The notes under the pieces: generated by a model
The model's input: the letters and a program-made list of their open reading frames with translations, nothing else
Databases searched by the model: none
Told to the model about the DNA's origin: nothing
Made by a program: the position numbers and the translations under genes
Shown here: positions 28,076 to 37,427 of the stretch, one piece after another
Layout of the letters: each line of letters begins with the position of its first letter
Numbering within the stretch: the first letter of the stretch is position 1
From: a virus
Taxonomy: Duplodnaviria; Caudoviricetes
Direction: 5' to 3' (one strand)
IMG/VR virus record: IMGVR_UViG_3300032312_001422
Location: 32,001-96,000 of that record
Length of the DNA stretch: 64,000 nt

Positions 28076-28096
28076 TGCTAAATAAAGTAGTAGCAC

Positions 28097-28148
28097 ACAA
28101 GATGCCGAACGGTTTGGGTCTTGTAATAACATTTCGCTTAAAAGGAAA
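28097..28148 (+). promoter_or_regulatory. Leader hairpin plus ROSE-like SD hairpin
   Basis: ACAAGA-TGCC...GGG-TCTTGT; TTTCGCT-TAAA-AGGAAA with bulged G. Confidence 0.5.
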
Positions 28149-28153
28149 ATAAA

Positions 28154-28384
28154 ATGTTTAATTTCAAATCAGTAGTAGACCAAGTAGTAACAGCAAGTAA
28201 GCAACCTTTGACATTGGTTGAAGACAAAGCCATTCGTGCAAACCTAGAAACTCTAGTGGATTCTTATGCCGATTTTACCAAGACTGTTTACGACACCAAT
28301 TTAGAGTTGGCCAAGCAAGTAGTAGAAAGCACAAAATCTGTTGATTTTACCAAGGCTTTTGAAAAGTTTACAGCCACCAAGTAA
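28154..28384 (+). CDS. Phasin-like amphipathic helical protein
   Basis: 76 aa all-helical, LETLVDSYADFTKTV...LELAKQV; PhaR-type palindrome in promoter. Confidence 0.55.
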   Translation: MFNFKSVVDQVVTASKQPLTLVEDKAIRANLETLVDSYADFTKTVYDTNLELAKQVVESTKSVDFTKAFEKFTATK

Positions 28385-28386
28385 TC

Positions 28387-28513
28387 TGTTGTAGTAATAC
28401 AACACCCTAAAACCCCTGAAAAATGGGGTTTTTTTACGGCCAAAATTTTGGTTGATCCATAAATCCATTAAATGTATAATGTATGTATAGTGATTAATAA
28501 GGAGCAAGCAATG
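28387..28513 (+). repeat. Terminator-promoter-RBS cassette, copy 1
   Basis: Near-duplicate of 51557-51683: palindrome, AAAACCCC..GGGGTTTT hairpin, TTGATC-N17-TATAAT, ATAGTGATTAATAAGGAG. Confidence 0.85.
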
Positions 28514-28783
28514 AGCAAACTCACAGCATACACAGTAGAAATTTATAAAGCTGATCGCCGTGTTAAAGCGGGTCGTCGTTTGGTTGAAAAACGTGACTTT
28601 GATCCAGTAACCCAAGATTATATCAACAGCGTGGTTGGAGGATTTAAAGCTCGCGGCTTTATTGCAGAAGTCCACGAAACCTTTGTGACCAAGAAAAATC
28701 TTATGGGTGGTCGGGAATTCACCGAGCGTTATGATACTCCGCATTATTGCAGTCCTGCTTCCGAATCATACTGGAGCATGTAA
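28511..28783 (+). CDS. Hypothetical early protein
   Basis: ATG 28511 after AAGGAG; ORF-track start lies inside the promoter. Confidence 0.7.
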   Translation: MSKLTAYTVEIYKADRRVKAGRRLVEKRDFDPVTQDYINSVVGGFKARGFIAEVHETFVTKKNLMGGREFTERYDTPHYCSPASESYWSM

Positions 28784-28807
28784 GTCAGCGGGCACTAACC
28801 TGCCCGG

Positions 28808-28868
28808 TTGACCCAAAAATACCATTAATGTATAATAGTTGTATAGTTAATAAAAAGGAGTAACAATG
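28808..28868 (+). promoter_or_regulatory. Early promoter-RBS cassette
   Basis: TTGACC-N17-TATAAT...TATAGTTAATAAAAAGGAG. Confidence 0.8.
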
Positions 28869-29165
28869 AGCCAGAACCATTTAGATACGTTGACAGTTGA
28901 TGATTTACAAAGTTACTTCAGTGACTTTCATAAAGACTATTATGGTTTCCGTCCTCGTTTTGCTACTCCCGAAGAATGGCGTGATGCAGAGTGGCTGAAA
29001 CAGCAGATCACCTACATACATGATGAAATGGATCATATGAAAACCACACCTGAGGGTCGTGCTGAATTGCGTAGACAAGGTTGGGTAGTAGAAGAATCAG
29101 ACATTGATATGTTGGAACAGGCTGAACAGTCTGCCGATCAAGACGCTATCTATTACGGAGCATAA
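28866..29165 (+). CDS. Hypothetical early protein
   Basis: Strong RBS, SDFHKDYYGFRPR motif. Confidence 0.7.
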   Translation: MSQNHLDTLTVDDLQSYFSDFHKDYYGFRPRFATPEEWRDAEWLKQQITYIHDEMDHMKTTPEGRAELRRQGWVVEESDIDMLEQAEQSADQDAIYYGA

Positions 29166-29166
29166 C

Positions 29167-29322
29167 ATGGGATTTTTCAAAGATATCCATATCGAAATCA
29201 TTGAATGGTTGGCCCGAGGCCGTTCAGTAGAAGAAACTTATATCTACTTCAAAGACTATGTGACCATGGAGCAGGTACAGGCCATTGCCAACCAAGAATA
29301 TGACTTGGACCCAATTGACTAA
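29167..29322 (+). CDS. Hypothetical protein
   Basis: ATG 29167 immediately after upstream stop. Confidence 0.55.
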   Translation: MGFFKDIHIEIIEWLARGRSVEETYIYFKDYVTMEQVQAIANQEYDLDPID

Positions 29323-29352
29323 CAATTTAAATTATCATATAATAATAATATT

Positions 29353-29586
29353 ATGAAACTAGATCGAAACAATTTTAAACTCAGCCATCATGCATGGCAC
29401 AAACGAACATTTGATCCTGCCAGTGCCGAAGACCTGCGTGTGTACCAAGATTTTTTGTTAAACAGCCGTTGGAAAAACGGATGTCCGTTTATCATTGAGT
29501 GGCCGTTTTTAACTGTGGCAGATCTAATCAAGCACAAAATTGTAAGGCATCATATTTCTGGGTTGATCAAACAGGCCCGGGTGTGA
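29353..29586 (+). CDS. Hypothetical protein
   Basis: 77-aa ORF with TTGACT-N17-TCATAT-like promoter upstream. Confidence 0.6.
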   Translation: MKLDRNNFKLSHHAWHKRTFDPASAEDLRVYQDFLLNSRWKNGCPFIIEWPFLTVADLIKHKIVRHHISGLIKQARV

Positions 29587-29882
29587 AACTAGCGGCTGTC
29601 CTGTTGGTTGCGGTATCGTTGATTGGTTGTGCAACTGGCCATAGGTCCAGCCAGGCACTTACTTATGCCCAATTGGATTCCTTGCGTTACACCAATGCAG
29701 ATTGCCCACAGTTGGATCGCAATATTCAGTTTATTGAAACACAATTACGCCTTAAAGGTTTGCTTAATGCGGATCCAACCAAATTAAATGAGCCAGATAG
29801 AGTGTACAATGCCACAGCTCGCATACTGATATGGAATTTGCGTATTGGTTGCCATAACCCCACAAGGTTCAGTAACAAATGA
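29583..29882 (+). CDS. Putative lipoprotein
   Basis: GTG start overlapping upstream stop; lipobox LIGC. Confidence 0.6.
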   Translation: MKLAAVLLVAVSLIGCATGHRSSQALTYAQLDSLRYTNADCPQLDRNIQFIETQLRLKGLLNADPTKLNEPDRVYNATARILIWNLRIGCHNPTRFSNK

Positions 29883-30448
29883 AACTGGCAATAACTTTGA
29901 CCTTGTGTTTGGCCGCATCAACCGCTATGGCTGATTGCTACCAACGCAGTAACATCAAGATAACGCAACAAAAAATCAATGGTGTACCCACTGACATACA
30001 GACGTTGACGACACCAGATGCCAAAGGACAAAAATGTGTGGCTAGATATAGACTACACATTGGCGATGCCTGGACCACGGTAGAAGGTACGGCTGTGGCA
30101 CGAACTGAAACAGAAGCCTGTGGCCAAGCCTTGGATATCAAACGTGGTGTGGCCCTGGAAGAAGTTGCTCCAGCCACAGTTGGTGCAGATCATCAATTGG
30201 TTTGCAGTGATTTACCAGACATTCGAGTGCGTCCAGTGCGTAAGGGAGAATTAATTTGGGAAAGCGAAGCAGACTTACACAGCCATCCTTTGGAAAGAAA
30301 ACAACCGTATTTTGTTTGGAAACAGGCTCGGTGTCGTAAATTTATTGAACGCACCAGCCTGGACCAAAACCTAATCATTTATCAAGGCGTCATGTGCCAA
30401 GCAACCACAGCCAAGAATTCAAAGTGGTTGGTACTTGACAAATATTAA
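29879..30448 (+). CDS. Secreted Cys-containing hypothetical protein
   Basis: Signal peptide (AMA/D), several paired Cys. Confidence 0.65.
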   Translation: MKLAITLTLCLAASTAMADCYQRSNIKITQQKINGVPTDIQTLTTPDAKGQKCVARYRLHIGDAWTTVEGTAVARTETEACGQALDIKRGVALEEVAPATVGADHQLVCSDLPDIRVRPVRKGELIWESEADLHSHPLERKQPYFVWKQARCRKFIERTSLDQNLIIYQGVMCQATTAKNSKWLVLDKY

Positions 30449-30495
30449 CCGTAATTGTATAATGTTGTTATAGTAACCAAACCGAAAGGTATAAA

Positions 30496-31209
30496 ATGAA
30501 GAAGCTTTTAATTGTTGTAGCAGTAACAGGTTTGCTTAGTGCCTGCGGATCTACCAAGCACCAGACTCGTGCAGACTTGTACCCTACAGGTCCAACCGCA
30601 GGTCAACAATCCAATGCAATCAGCCAAGCACCTGAGTGGATGACCAAATTGCCCAAAAGTGCCAATGCTGTGTACGAAAGTGCAACAGCAACGTCGGGCG
30701 ACTTTGCTATGGCAGATATGAAAGCCAAGGCCATCGCCTATGCCAAGATTTGTACCAGTGCCGGCGGCAAGGTGCGTAGCCAGACCAAGGTGTTTACACA
30801 AGACAATGGTACCACTACTACCGAAATGAGTGAAATGGCCATCCGTAGTATTTGCCCGGACATTGACATCACAGGTGTAGAAACTGTGGAAATGAAACAC
30901 GTGGCTGACGGCAATCGTATCCGTACCTATGTTCTAGTAGCTCTCCCAATTGGTGCGGCCAATACCATGAAAACTGCCAAAGAATCGGCTCGTGGCGCCA
31001 AAGAAGCTTTTCGAGAACTAGACGAAATTACTGGTAATTCCAAGGCTGAACCTGCAACACAAAAAGGCCAAGAAGTTAGTGTGGTCCGACCTGACGGTAG
31101 TACCAGTACCTTAAACTTGTTGCCAGTGGAAAACGAAGAGTATAAAGCTCGTCGTGCAGAAGCTATCAAAAAGCCTGGTGCTGTAGTAGGACAAGTTACC
31201 ATTAACTAA
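30496..31209 (+). CDS. Lipoprotein (LPP20-like)
   Basis: Lipobox LSAC, APEWM motif; TTGACA-N17-TATAAT promoter. Confidence 0.7.
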   Translation: MKKLLIVVAVTGLLSACGSTKHQTRADLYPTGPTAGQQSNAISQAPEWMTKLPKSANAVYESATATSGDFAMADMKAKAIAYAKICTSAGGKVRSQTKVFTQDNGTTTTEMSEMAIRSICPDIDITGVETVEMKHVADGNRIRTYVLVALPIGAANTMKTAKESARGAKEAFRELDEITGNSKAEPATQKGQEVSVVRPDGSTSTLNLLPVENEEYKARRAEAIKKPGAVVGQVTIN

Positions 31210-31285
31210 GCCGTTAATGATGTAATAAAGTGGTAGTTAATGCTCTCGTGAGGTACGTTATAAATACCTTAGCGAGGGCATTTTC

Positions 31286-31771
31286 ATGGCTAGACCCAAT
31301 CCCATCAGAGCAATTATGGAAGCTGAGCTTCCCAGCATTACGTATCAACGACGTATGCAGTTCCGTCCTAGCTATACGGATATTAACTACGTATATAATA
31401 TCTGTAATCGTTATCTTTTTGACAACCGACTAAGACGTCCAATGATCACACAAGGTAGCCGCAGGCAAACCTGGGGTTTCTGTGAGTGGGAAAACGATCT
31501 ACAAGATACAGGTAGTTATACCACAATCAAATTGATGGATAAATGGTTTTGTCCAGCCTGGTTTGTACAAACTCTAGCACATGAAATGGTGCATCAATAT
31601 CAGTGGGACATCACACGTTGGGAAGAATATGATGGCAAAATGCCAGAGTCTGGGGCTCACGGACCCAGCTTCTTTGCACACCGCGAACGTTTTGACTACT
31701 ATGGCCTTCGATTAAAAACATCATATGGTATGAAGCGTTGGTTCAAACACCAAAACTGGTACAAGTGCTAG
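31286..31771 (+). CDS. SprT-like zinc metalloprotease
   Basis: TLAHEMVHQYQ...HGPSF. Confidence 0.85.
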   Translation: MARPNPIRAIMEAELPSITYQRRMQFRPSYTDINYVYNICNRYLFDNRLRRPMITQGSRRQTWGFCEWENDLQDTGSYTTIKLMDKWFCPAWFVQTLAHEMVHQYQWDITRWEEYDGKMPESGAHGPSFFAHRERFDYYGLRLKTSYGMKRWFKHQNWYKC

Positions 31772-31803
31772 ACTAATCTGTAGTTTTCTGTTATAATAAT
31801 CCT

Positions 31804-32664
31804 ATGTTTACCAAGTTGCATATTGAATATGCTGACCCTACTGACCTGCATGACTCCGTTGTAGTGTTATACTGCATACGACCTACCGCTGTAGCACAAC
31901 GCTGGGTTCAAAAAGTATTACTAGCCAAACAACAATACTCAATAGATGATCCCCAACGCTTTTATGGTTTTGGTAGTTATGAATATCAGGTCGAGGATGC
32001 ACTAGATCGTATCAATCACAACATCACAGTGATCAACTTGCACCGACAAATTATCAATCGCAACCTGTTGGACATCAACGATCAGGATACGCTCAACTAC
32101 CTACACAATATTTTTGAAATACATCACGGGTTATTAGATCAACAAGATGACGTCAATTGGTTAGAGCTTCCCGAAAGTGTTCAACTTGCCTTAGCGGACC
32201 TAAACCTGTGTGTGCATCGTTGCGAAAGTGTTGCCCGTGGTGCTAGTCCTAGGCATGTGGTCACTTGGTACGGTTTGCCCAAAACTGACGTTCTTGACCC
32301 AGCGGATTATGATTTGGTACAATACACCTGGAGTGCCGGTACTGTGTTTTTGAACTACGCAGAGATTGGAAAGACCCTAGAAGACCTAGCATTTGACAAT
32401 GACCAATATATCAAACCTGGAGCTTTTCAACCATTTAGACATTACTCGGCAGATTTTGTGGTAAGATTTTATGAGCAAACTCCCAAGCAAGCACAAGAAA
32501 AACGTGCTATAATAGATGCATACTACAGAAGTCAGCGAGCATTTTTTGGAGAGTGGCAATCATGCTATCGGCCGGGTGCTATAGCAGTGGCAGACATTGT
32601 AGACCCAGTACCATTTAAGGAATTAGAAACAAGGCAGTACATTAAATCAGTATCATTTACATAG
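31804..32664 (+). CDS. Hypothetical protein
   Basis: 286-aa ORF; LHNIFE and LNLCVHRCE motifs. Confidence 0.65.
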   Translation: MFTKLHIEYADPTDLHDSVVVLYCIRPTAVAQRWVQKVLLAKQQYSIDDPQRFYGFGSYEYQVEDALDRINHNITVINLHRQIINRNLLDINDQDTLNYLHNIFEIHHGLLDQQDDVNWLELPESVQLALADLNLCVHRCESVARGASPRHVVTWYGLPKTDVLDPADYDLVQYTWSAGTVFLNYAEIGKTLEDLAFDNDQYIKPGAFQPFRHYSADFVVRFYEQTPKQAQEKRAIIDAYYRSQRAFFGEWQSCYRPGAIAVADIVDPVPFKELETRQYIKSVSFT

Positions 32665-32672
32665 GAAATATT

Positions 32673-33293
32673 ATGCCAAATTTTGTGCCAACAGTATTAG
32701 AAAAAACAAGCAATGGTGAACGTGCTTACGACATTTACAGTCGTTTGCTCAAGGATCGCATTGTGATGCTGGACACAGATGTCAACGAGCATAGTGCAAG
32801 TTTAATAGTAGCACAAATGTTATTTTTAGAAAGCGAAGATCCCAATGCAGACATATTATTCTACATTAATAGCCCCGGCGGTAGCGTTACAGCAGGTTTG
32901 GCTATCTACGATACAATGCAGTTTATCAAACCCGACGTTAGCACTATTGTACTGGGCCAGGCTTGCTCCATGGGCAGTTTTCTTGCCCAATCAGGAGCCC
33001 GAGGCAAACGAATAGTCCTACCAGAATCACGCACAATGATTCATCGTGTTAGTTCGGGCACTCCCGGCACACGTGGTAGTGTACACGTACAAGAACTACA
33101 GTTTGAAGATGCCAAACGTAGCTTTGAAGAAAGCCAGCGGTTAAATGAGCGTCTAACTGAACTGTATGTCCGACACAATACCGCAGGAAAAACCTACGAC
33201 GAACTGTTTGGCGACATGAAGTTTGACACATTCTTGAGTGCCCAGCAAGCAGTTGAGTACGGCCTGGCAGACCAAGTGATTGAAAAACGATAA
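32673..33293 (+). CDS. clpP: ATP-dependent Clp protease proteolytic subunit
   Basis: YDIYSRLLKDRI, YINSPGGSVTAGLAIYDTMQ, ACSMG, MIH. Confidence 0.95.
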   Translation: MPNFVPTVLEKTSNGERAYDIYSRLLKDRIVMLDTDVNEHSASLIVAQMLFLESEDPNADILFYINSPGGSVTAGLAIYDTMQFIKPDVSTIVLGQACSMGSFLAQSGARGKRIVLPESRTMIHRVSSGTPGTRGSVHVQELQFEDAKRSFEESQRLNERLTELYVRHNTAGKTYDELFGDMKFDTFLSAQQAVEYGLADQVIEKR

Positions 33294-33368
33294 ACAAATA
33301 GTATAATCATTGTTGCCCTGCAATAAATAATTATATCAGTATAAACACTGAGAACATTGGAGAGCAAT

Positions 33369-33482
33369 ATGAAAGTATTAAAATTTATCTGGTCTGTACT
33401 TATGGACATAGCTCAAGCTAGCCATTCAGCACATTTAGCACGTAACGGACAAATTGAGCGAGCCAAATCCGCTTACAAGTAA
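33369..33482 (+). CDS. Small hypothetical protein (37 aa, absent from ORF track)
   Basis: MKVLKFIWSVLMDIAQASHSAHLARNGQIERAKSAYK, GGAGAG upstream, stop abuts GNAT start. Confidence 0.5.
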   Translation: MKVLKFIWSVLMDIAQASHSAHLARNGQIERAKSAYK

Positions 33483-33483
33483 C

Positions 33484-34041
33484 ATGTTTGTCACAGAGTT
33501 TCTCTCATCTAAACATCACTATCAGTATGGTGATTGGTTAAAAAGCCAAGACGAGGAAACACGTCAGCTGTATTTTGGTGTAACCACTGGCCCAGGACTG
33601 ATTGAAAGTCTAATAGACCGCATAGAAGTGCAATCAAATCAACACGAAATTCTAGTAGCACAAAATTGCACAGAGTGGTTGGGCACATTACACATTGCCA
33701 AAATGAGTGACTCGGAAGTGGAATTTGGCATAATTGTTCATCGAGATTATCGTGGTGAAGGCATTGCCAACACGATGTTACAAGAAGCTATTGTGTGGGC
33801 TCGCAATCGTGGCTACACAGACTTGTTTATGCATTGTTTGGGTCATAACAAACCCATACAACACCTGTGTCAAAAACACGGACTCCTGCCACGTAACATA
33901 ATGGGTGACAGCGAAGTAAAAGTAAAATTAAATCCTCCAAGTTGGGCCACCATTGCTTCTGAAGTTGGCATTAATCAACGCAATATCTATCACACATTCT
34001 TACAAAAAAGCCAATTGTTGTATCAAGAGATCTACGGCTAA
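33484..34041 (+). CDS. GNAT acetyltransferase
   Basis: EFGIIVHRDYRGEGIA, N.PIQHL. Confidence 0.85.
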   Translation: MFVTEFLSSKHHYQYGDWLKSQDEETRQLYFGVTTGPGLIESLIDRIEVQSNQHEILVAQNCTEWLGTLHIAKMSDSEVEFGIIVHRDYRGEGIANTMLQEAIVWARNRGYTDLFMHCLGHNKPIQHLCQKHGLLPRNIMGDSEVKVKLNPPSWATIASEVGINQRNIYHTFLQKSQLLYQEIYG

Positions 34042-34065
34042 ATACTCCACAACAGGAGATTTTCA

Positions 34066-34500
34066 ATGAAACACATTCTAGCCTTATTATTGCTGGTGCC
34101 TGCACTAGCCCTTGCACAAAAAGCACCCACAGGTGTGACCTATGACGCACAAATTGTTCGCGTCAGTGACGGTGATACTATTGTAATCGCCGCACCATTC
34201 CTACCTGCTCCACTCAAGCCCGAACTTGCTGTTAGAATCTACGGAGTTGACACTCCAGAAAAAGGATTCCGTGGTCAATGCGACAGCGAAAAGGCTCGTG
34301 GTGAAGCTGCCTCAGAGTTTACTAAGAAAGCTGTGAAATCAACCAAAAAGCATCAAGTTATCCTGTATAGCTGGGACAAGTTTGGCGGCCGTGTGTTAGG
34401 CGACATGATCCTGGATGGTGTTAGCTTACGTGCCGAATTGATTCGTAACGGCTTTGCCCGTGAATACTACGGCGACGCTAAACAGAGCTGGTGTAACTGA
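34066..34500 (+). CDS. Thermonuclease (SNase-like), secreted
   Basis: Signal peptide; VSDGDTI, RIYGVDTPE, DKFGGRVLG. Confidence 0.9.
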   Translation: MKHILALLLLVPALALAQKAPTGVTYDAQIVRVSDGDTIVIAAPFLPAPLKPELAVRIYGVDTPEKGFRGQCDSEKARGEAASEFTKKAVKSTKKHQVILYSWDKFGGRVLGDMILDGVSLRAELIRNGFAREYYGDAKQSWCN

Positions 34501-34568
34501 TACCTGACCTGTTACTGTCAAGATAAATAATAGGGTAACTACAAATTACCCTATTTTTATGACTGATT

Positions 34569-37427
34569 ATGCGATATAAAGAACTGCTTTCTGAACAACA
34601 ACTAGACGAACTACGCATGAGCCCAGGCAGTCTTCGTGCTTTTGCCGCCAGTCCCGAAGCCGAAGGTATACGTGCTGGTTTTGAAGCAGAACTGGTATTT
34701 ACTGGGCTGGGTGGCGAAGGCGAGTACGATGAAGATCCAGAACCCGATTACGATGCCGACGAGCGTGCCTACAGCATACAACAGGTCATAGACTTTTTTA
34801 GCAACGACGAATATGGTTATGCTGCCTATGGTCGTGATCTAGACAACCTACAAGATGGTCTAGATGAAAAATACATGGAATGGTCAGACGACCAAATGTA
34901 TCAGGCTTTCCGCAATGAAGCCGATGATTTAGTTCGTAAAATATGGTTGGATGAACGTCCAATGATAGAACGTGTGCATGACTACCTGGTTGAGGGCATG
35001 GACATGGACGATAGAGAAGCTGATCGTATACAAGCAGTTGGCGACGAGGCTCCCAAATTTGAAACCAGCTCTGAAGCGGCTGCGTACATGAAACAAAATC
35101 CCGACTATGCTCTTTACGTTGAAGCAGTAGAAGGTGCAGAAGAAATACTTGAAGAAGATGTTGAACAAAGTGTCAAGGATCAAGACGGGTACTACGATCA
35201 AGCACTGGATGAGTTCCGCGATGATTTTTATGTGGACGATGACAGCGGTTTCTTCAGTGATGTTGGTTTGCGTTGGATGAGTGACATAGCCAGCGAATTT
35301 CAGCTGATGTGGCCAGTAATGACTTATACCGGTCAGAGCAGTGAAGGCGGCTTCAATCAGGAAAATGCCGAACAATTGGCTGATAGTTTGGAAAGTGCGT
35401 TGGGAGTCAAGACCAAGGTGTCGAATAACTATCACTCTGCCACACGTGATGATGAGACTTGGATTTTTGAACCAGACATGAGTTTGGATGCAGACGATTC
35501 AGATAACATGCCTGTGGAGATTGTTAGTCCTCCTATGCCACTAGAAGAATGCCTACGCCAAATGGAAAACTTCTTTACCTGGGCTGAATCAAACGGTGCT
35601 TACAGTAATAGCTCAACTGGTTTCCATATGGGTGTTAGTTTACCTGTCACAGGTGGACAAGTTGACTATGTTAAACTGGCCCTGTTCTTGGGTGACGAAT
35701 ATGTGTTGCGTGAGTTTGGTCGTAGTGGTAATCGCTTCTGCGAAGCTGCTATTAAGAAAATACGTGGCCGTGTCAAGGGCAATAAAGAAGCTGTTGGCGG
35801 TGCAATGGAGTTGATGAAACACAACCTGCTTGAACTAGCCCAAAAGGCTCTAGAAATCAACAATCACGGATTTGGCAAATACACCAGTATCAATCCACAA
35901 GGTGGCAACGACAGCACTAGACCACACCTAGAACGTGGTGCCAAATATATTGAGTTCCGCTCAGCTGGTGGATCAAACTACTTTGAAGACATTGACAAAC
36001 TAAAGAATACATTGATGCGTTATGCCAAGGCCATGACTGTGGCGGCCAGTCCGGCAGCAGAACGCAAAGAGTACTACAAGAAGTTGTACAAGTTAATCAG
36101 CCCACCTGAAGGTGATCCTGCGTTGGATTTGTTCAGTCGTTTTGCTGCCGGCGAAATTTCAAGTACGGATCTTAAAAAGAGTTGGGCAGAAAAACAGTTG
36201 GAAAAAGAGCCCAAAGGCGACTGGAAGTTCTGGAACGCATACAATGGTGTTGCTGTACCTGGTCACGAGTATCACGGATACACTAAATCAGAAGCAATAG
36301 AAAAAGCCAAACAAAAACTACAACCGGGTAGTAGTATGGAAGACTTCTTGAAAGCCTATAAAATATTACCAATGCAGTCAAAGACTGGTGACTGGGAAGT
36401 ATACAATGTTAACACCGGAGAAACATTGGAAATCTTGAATGGGTTTGAAACCAAAGGTGCAGCCGCTGATAGTGTATACGACAAATATGCTGATCAAGGT
36501 ATTGGGTTTAACTTACGTCCAGCAGATCCAGAAGCACCAGAGAAGCCATTGAGTCCACGTGAGAAGTTGGCAAAGAATATTAAATCTGCGCCAGCAGAGC
36601 CAATTAAAAACTGGAAAATTTACGATACCAAGACTGGCGAAGTACACTACGAACAAGAAGGTCGTAAGAGTAGCTTGGTACAGACTATGCGTAAGTTTGA
36701 ACGTGATAACAAGTTACCACAAGGGCGCCTGGCTATTGAGGAGATTCCTGCAGAAGAACCTGCTGTACCAGACAATATGGATCCAGCAGTGGCCAACGTA
36801 AAACGCAAATGGGAATTTTATTATTCTGGAACTGGCCGAGTGCTTGACACAGTAGATGACATCAATATGATGCAGGCCAATGCTGTTCTTGCTGACGTGC
36901 AACGTCGTTACGATGATTTGCCGGCTGATCAAATACGTATGCGTAGCGTACCCACTGAGGCCAGTGCAGAACGTGCCAGGGCTAGAAATAACAATGTGCA
37001 AGACACAGATATGGATGTGGCACAAAACTTTGGTGGACCACCAGCTGGATTCCAAACACAACGTCCTGCAACGGGTGACTACTATGAAGTACGTGGTGGC
37101 AATAATCGTGTCTACGGATACATCACCGGAGACGATGGGCGTGGCAACAACAGCAATGATATAGCCCGCAATTCAAAGCGTTATGTTGATGAATTGACTG
37201 GCACCGACGGAGCCTATATAGAATACCGTGCTGGCGATCCTGTGCAAGAAGTAGATGGCACAGGCGAACCTATCTGGCAAATTTACGAACGAGAGTCAGG
37301 GCATGTGGTACAAGAATTTAGTGCAGAAGATCAACCAACCGCTCGAGAAGAAGCACAAGAGTGGTTGCGTGACATTGGCGCAGAAAATCCTAATCTGTTC
37401 GGTGTACGACCCAAGATGAGTGCATAA
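34569..37427 (+). CDS. Large amidoligase-domain protein with C-terminal repeats; likely internal virion protein
   Basis: GFEAE, EPDMSL, EIVSPP, TGFHMG, IEFRSAGG; repeated W-x-(I/V)-Y modules; N-terminus MRYKELLSE. Confidence 0.7.
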   Translation: MRYKELLSEQQLDELRMSPGSLRAFAASPEAEGIRAGFEAELVFTGLGGEGEYDEDPEPDYDADERAYSIQQVIDFFSNDEYGYAAYGRDLDNLQDGLDEKYMEWSDDQMYQAFRNEADDLVRKIWLDERPMIERVHDYLVEGMDMDDREADRIQAVGDEAPKFETSSEAAAYMKQNPDYALYVEAVEGAEEILEEDVEQSVKDQDGYYDQALDEFRDDFYVDDDSGFFSDVGLRWMSDIASEFQLMWPVMTYTGQSSEGGFNQENAEQLADSLESALGVKTKVSNNYHSATRDDETWIFEPDMSLDADDSDNMPVEIVSPPMPLEECLRQMENFFTWAESNGAYSNSSTGFHMGVSLPVTGGQVDYVKLALFLGDEYVLREFGRSGNRFCEAAIKKIRGRVKGNKEAVGGAMELMKHNLLELAQKALEINNHGFGKYTSINPQGGNDSTRPHLERGAKYIEFRSAGGSNYFEDIDKLKNTLMRYAKAMTVAASPAAERKEYYKKLYKLISPPEGDPALDLFSRFAAGEISSTDLKKSWAEKQLEKEPKGDWKFWNAYNGVAVPGHEYHGYTKSEAIEKAKQKLQPGSSMEDFLKAYKILPMQSKTGDWEVYNVNTGETLEILNGFETKGAAADSVYDKYADQGIGFNLRPADPEAPEKPLSPREKLAKNIKSAPAEPIKNWKIYDTKTGEVHYEQEGRKSSLVQTMRKFERDNKLPQGRLAIEEIPAEEPAVPDNMDPAVANVKRKWEFYYSGTGRVLDTVDDINMMQANAVLADVQRRYDDLPADQIRMRSVPTEASAERARARNNNVQDTDMDVAQNFGGPPAGFQTQRPATGDYYEVRGGNNRVYGYITGDDGRGNNSNDIARNSKRYVDELTGTDGAYIEYRAGDPVQEVDGTGEPIWQIYERESGHVVQEFSAEDQPTAREEAQEWLRDIGAENPNLFGVRPKMSA

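Noticed and set aside
28472-28510. ORF-track starts MYNVCIVINKE (here and at 51642) as a shared N-terminal peptide
   Set aside because: These codons are the -10 box and RBS of the repeated promoter cassette; real starts are 28511 and 51681
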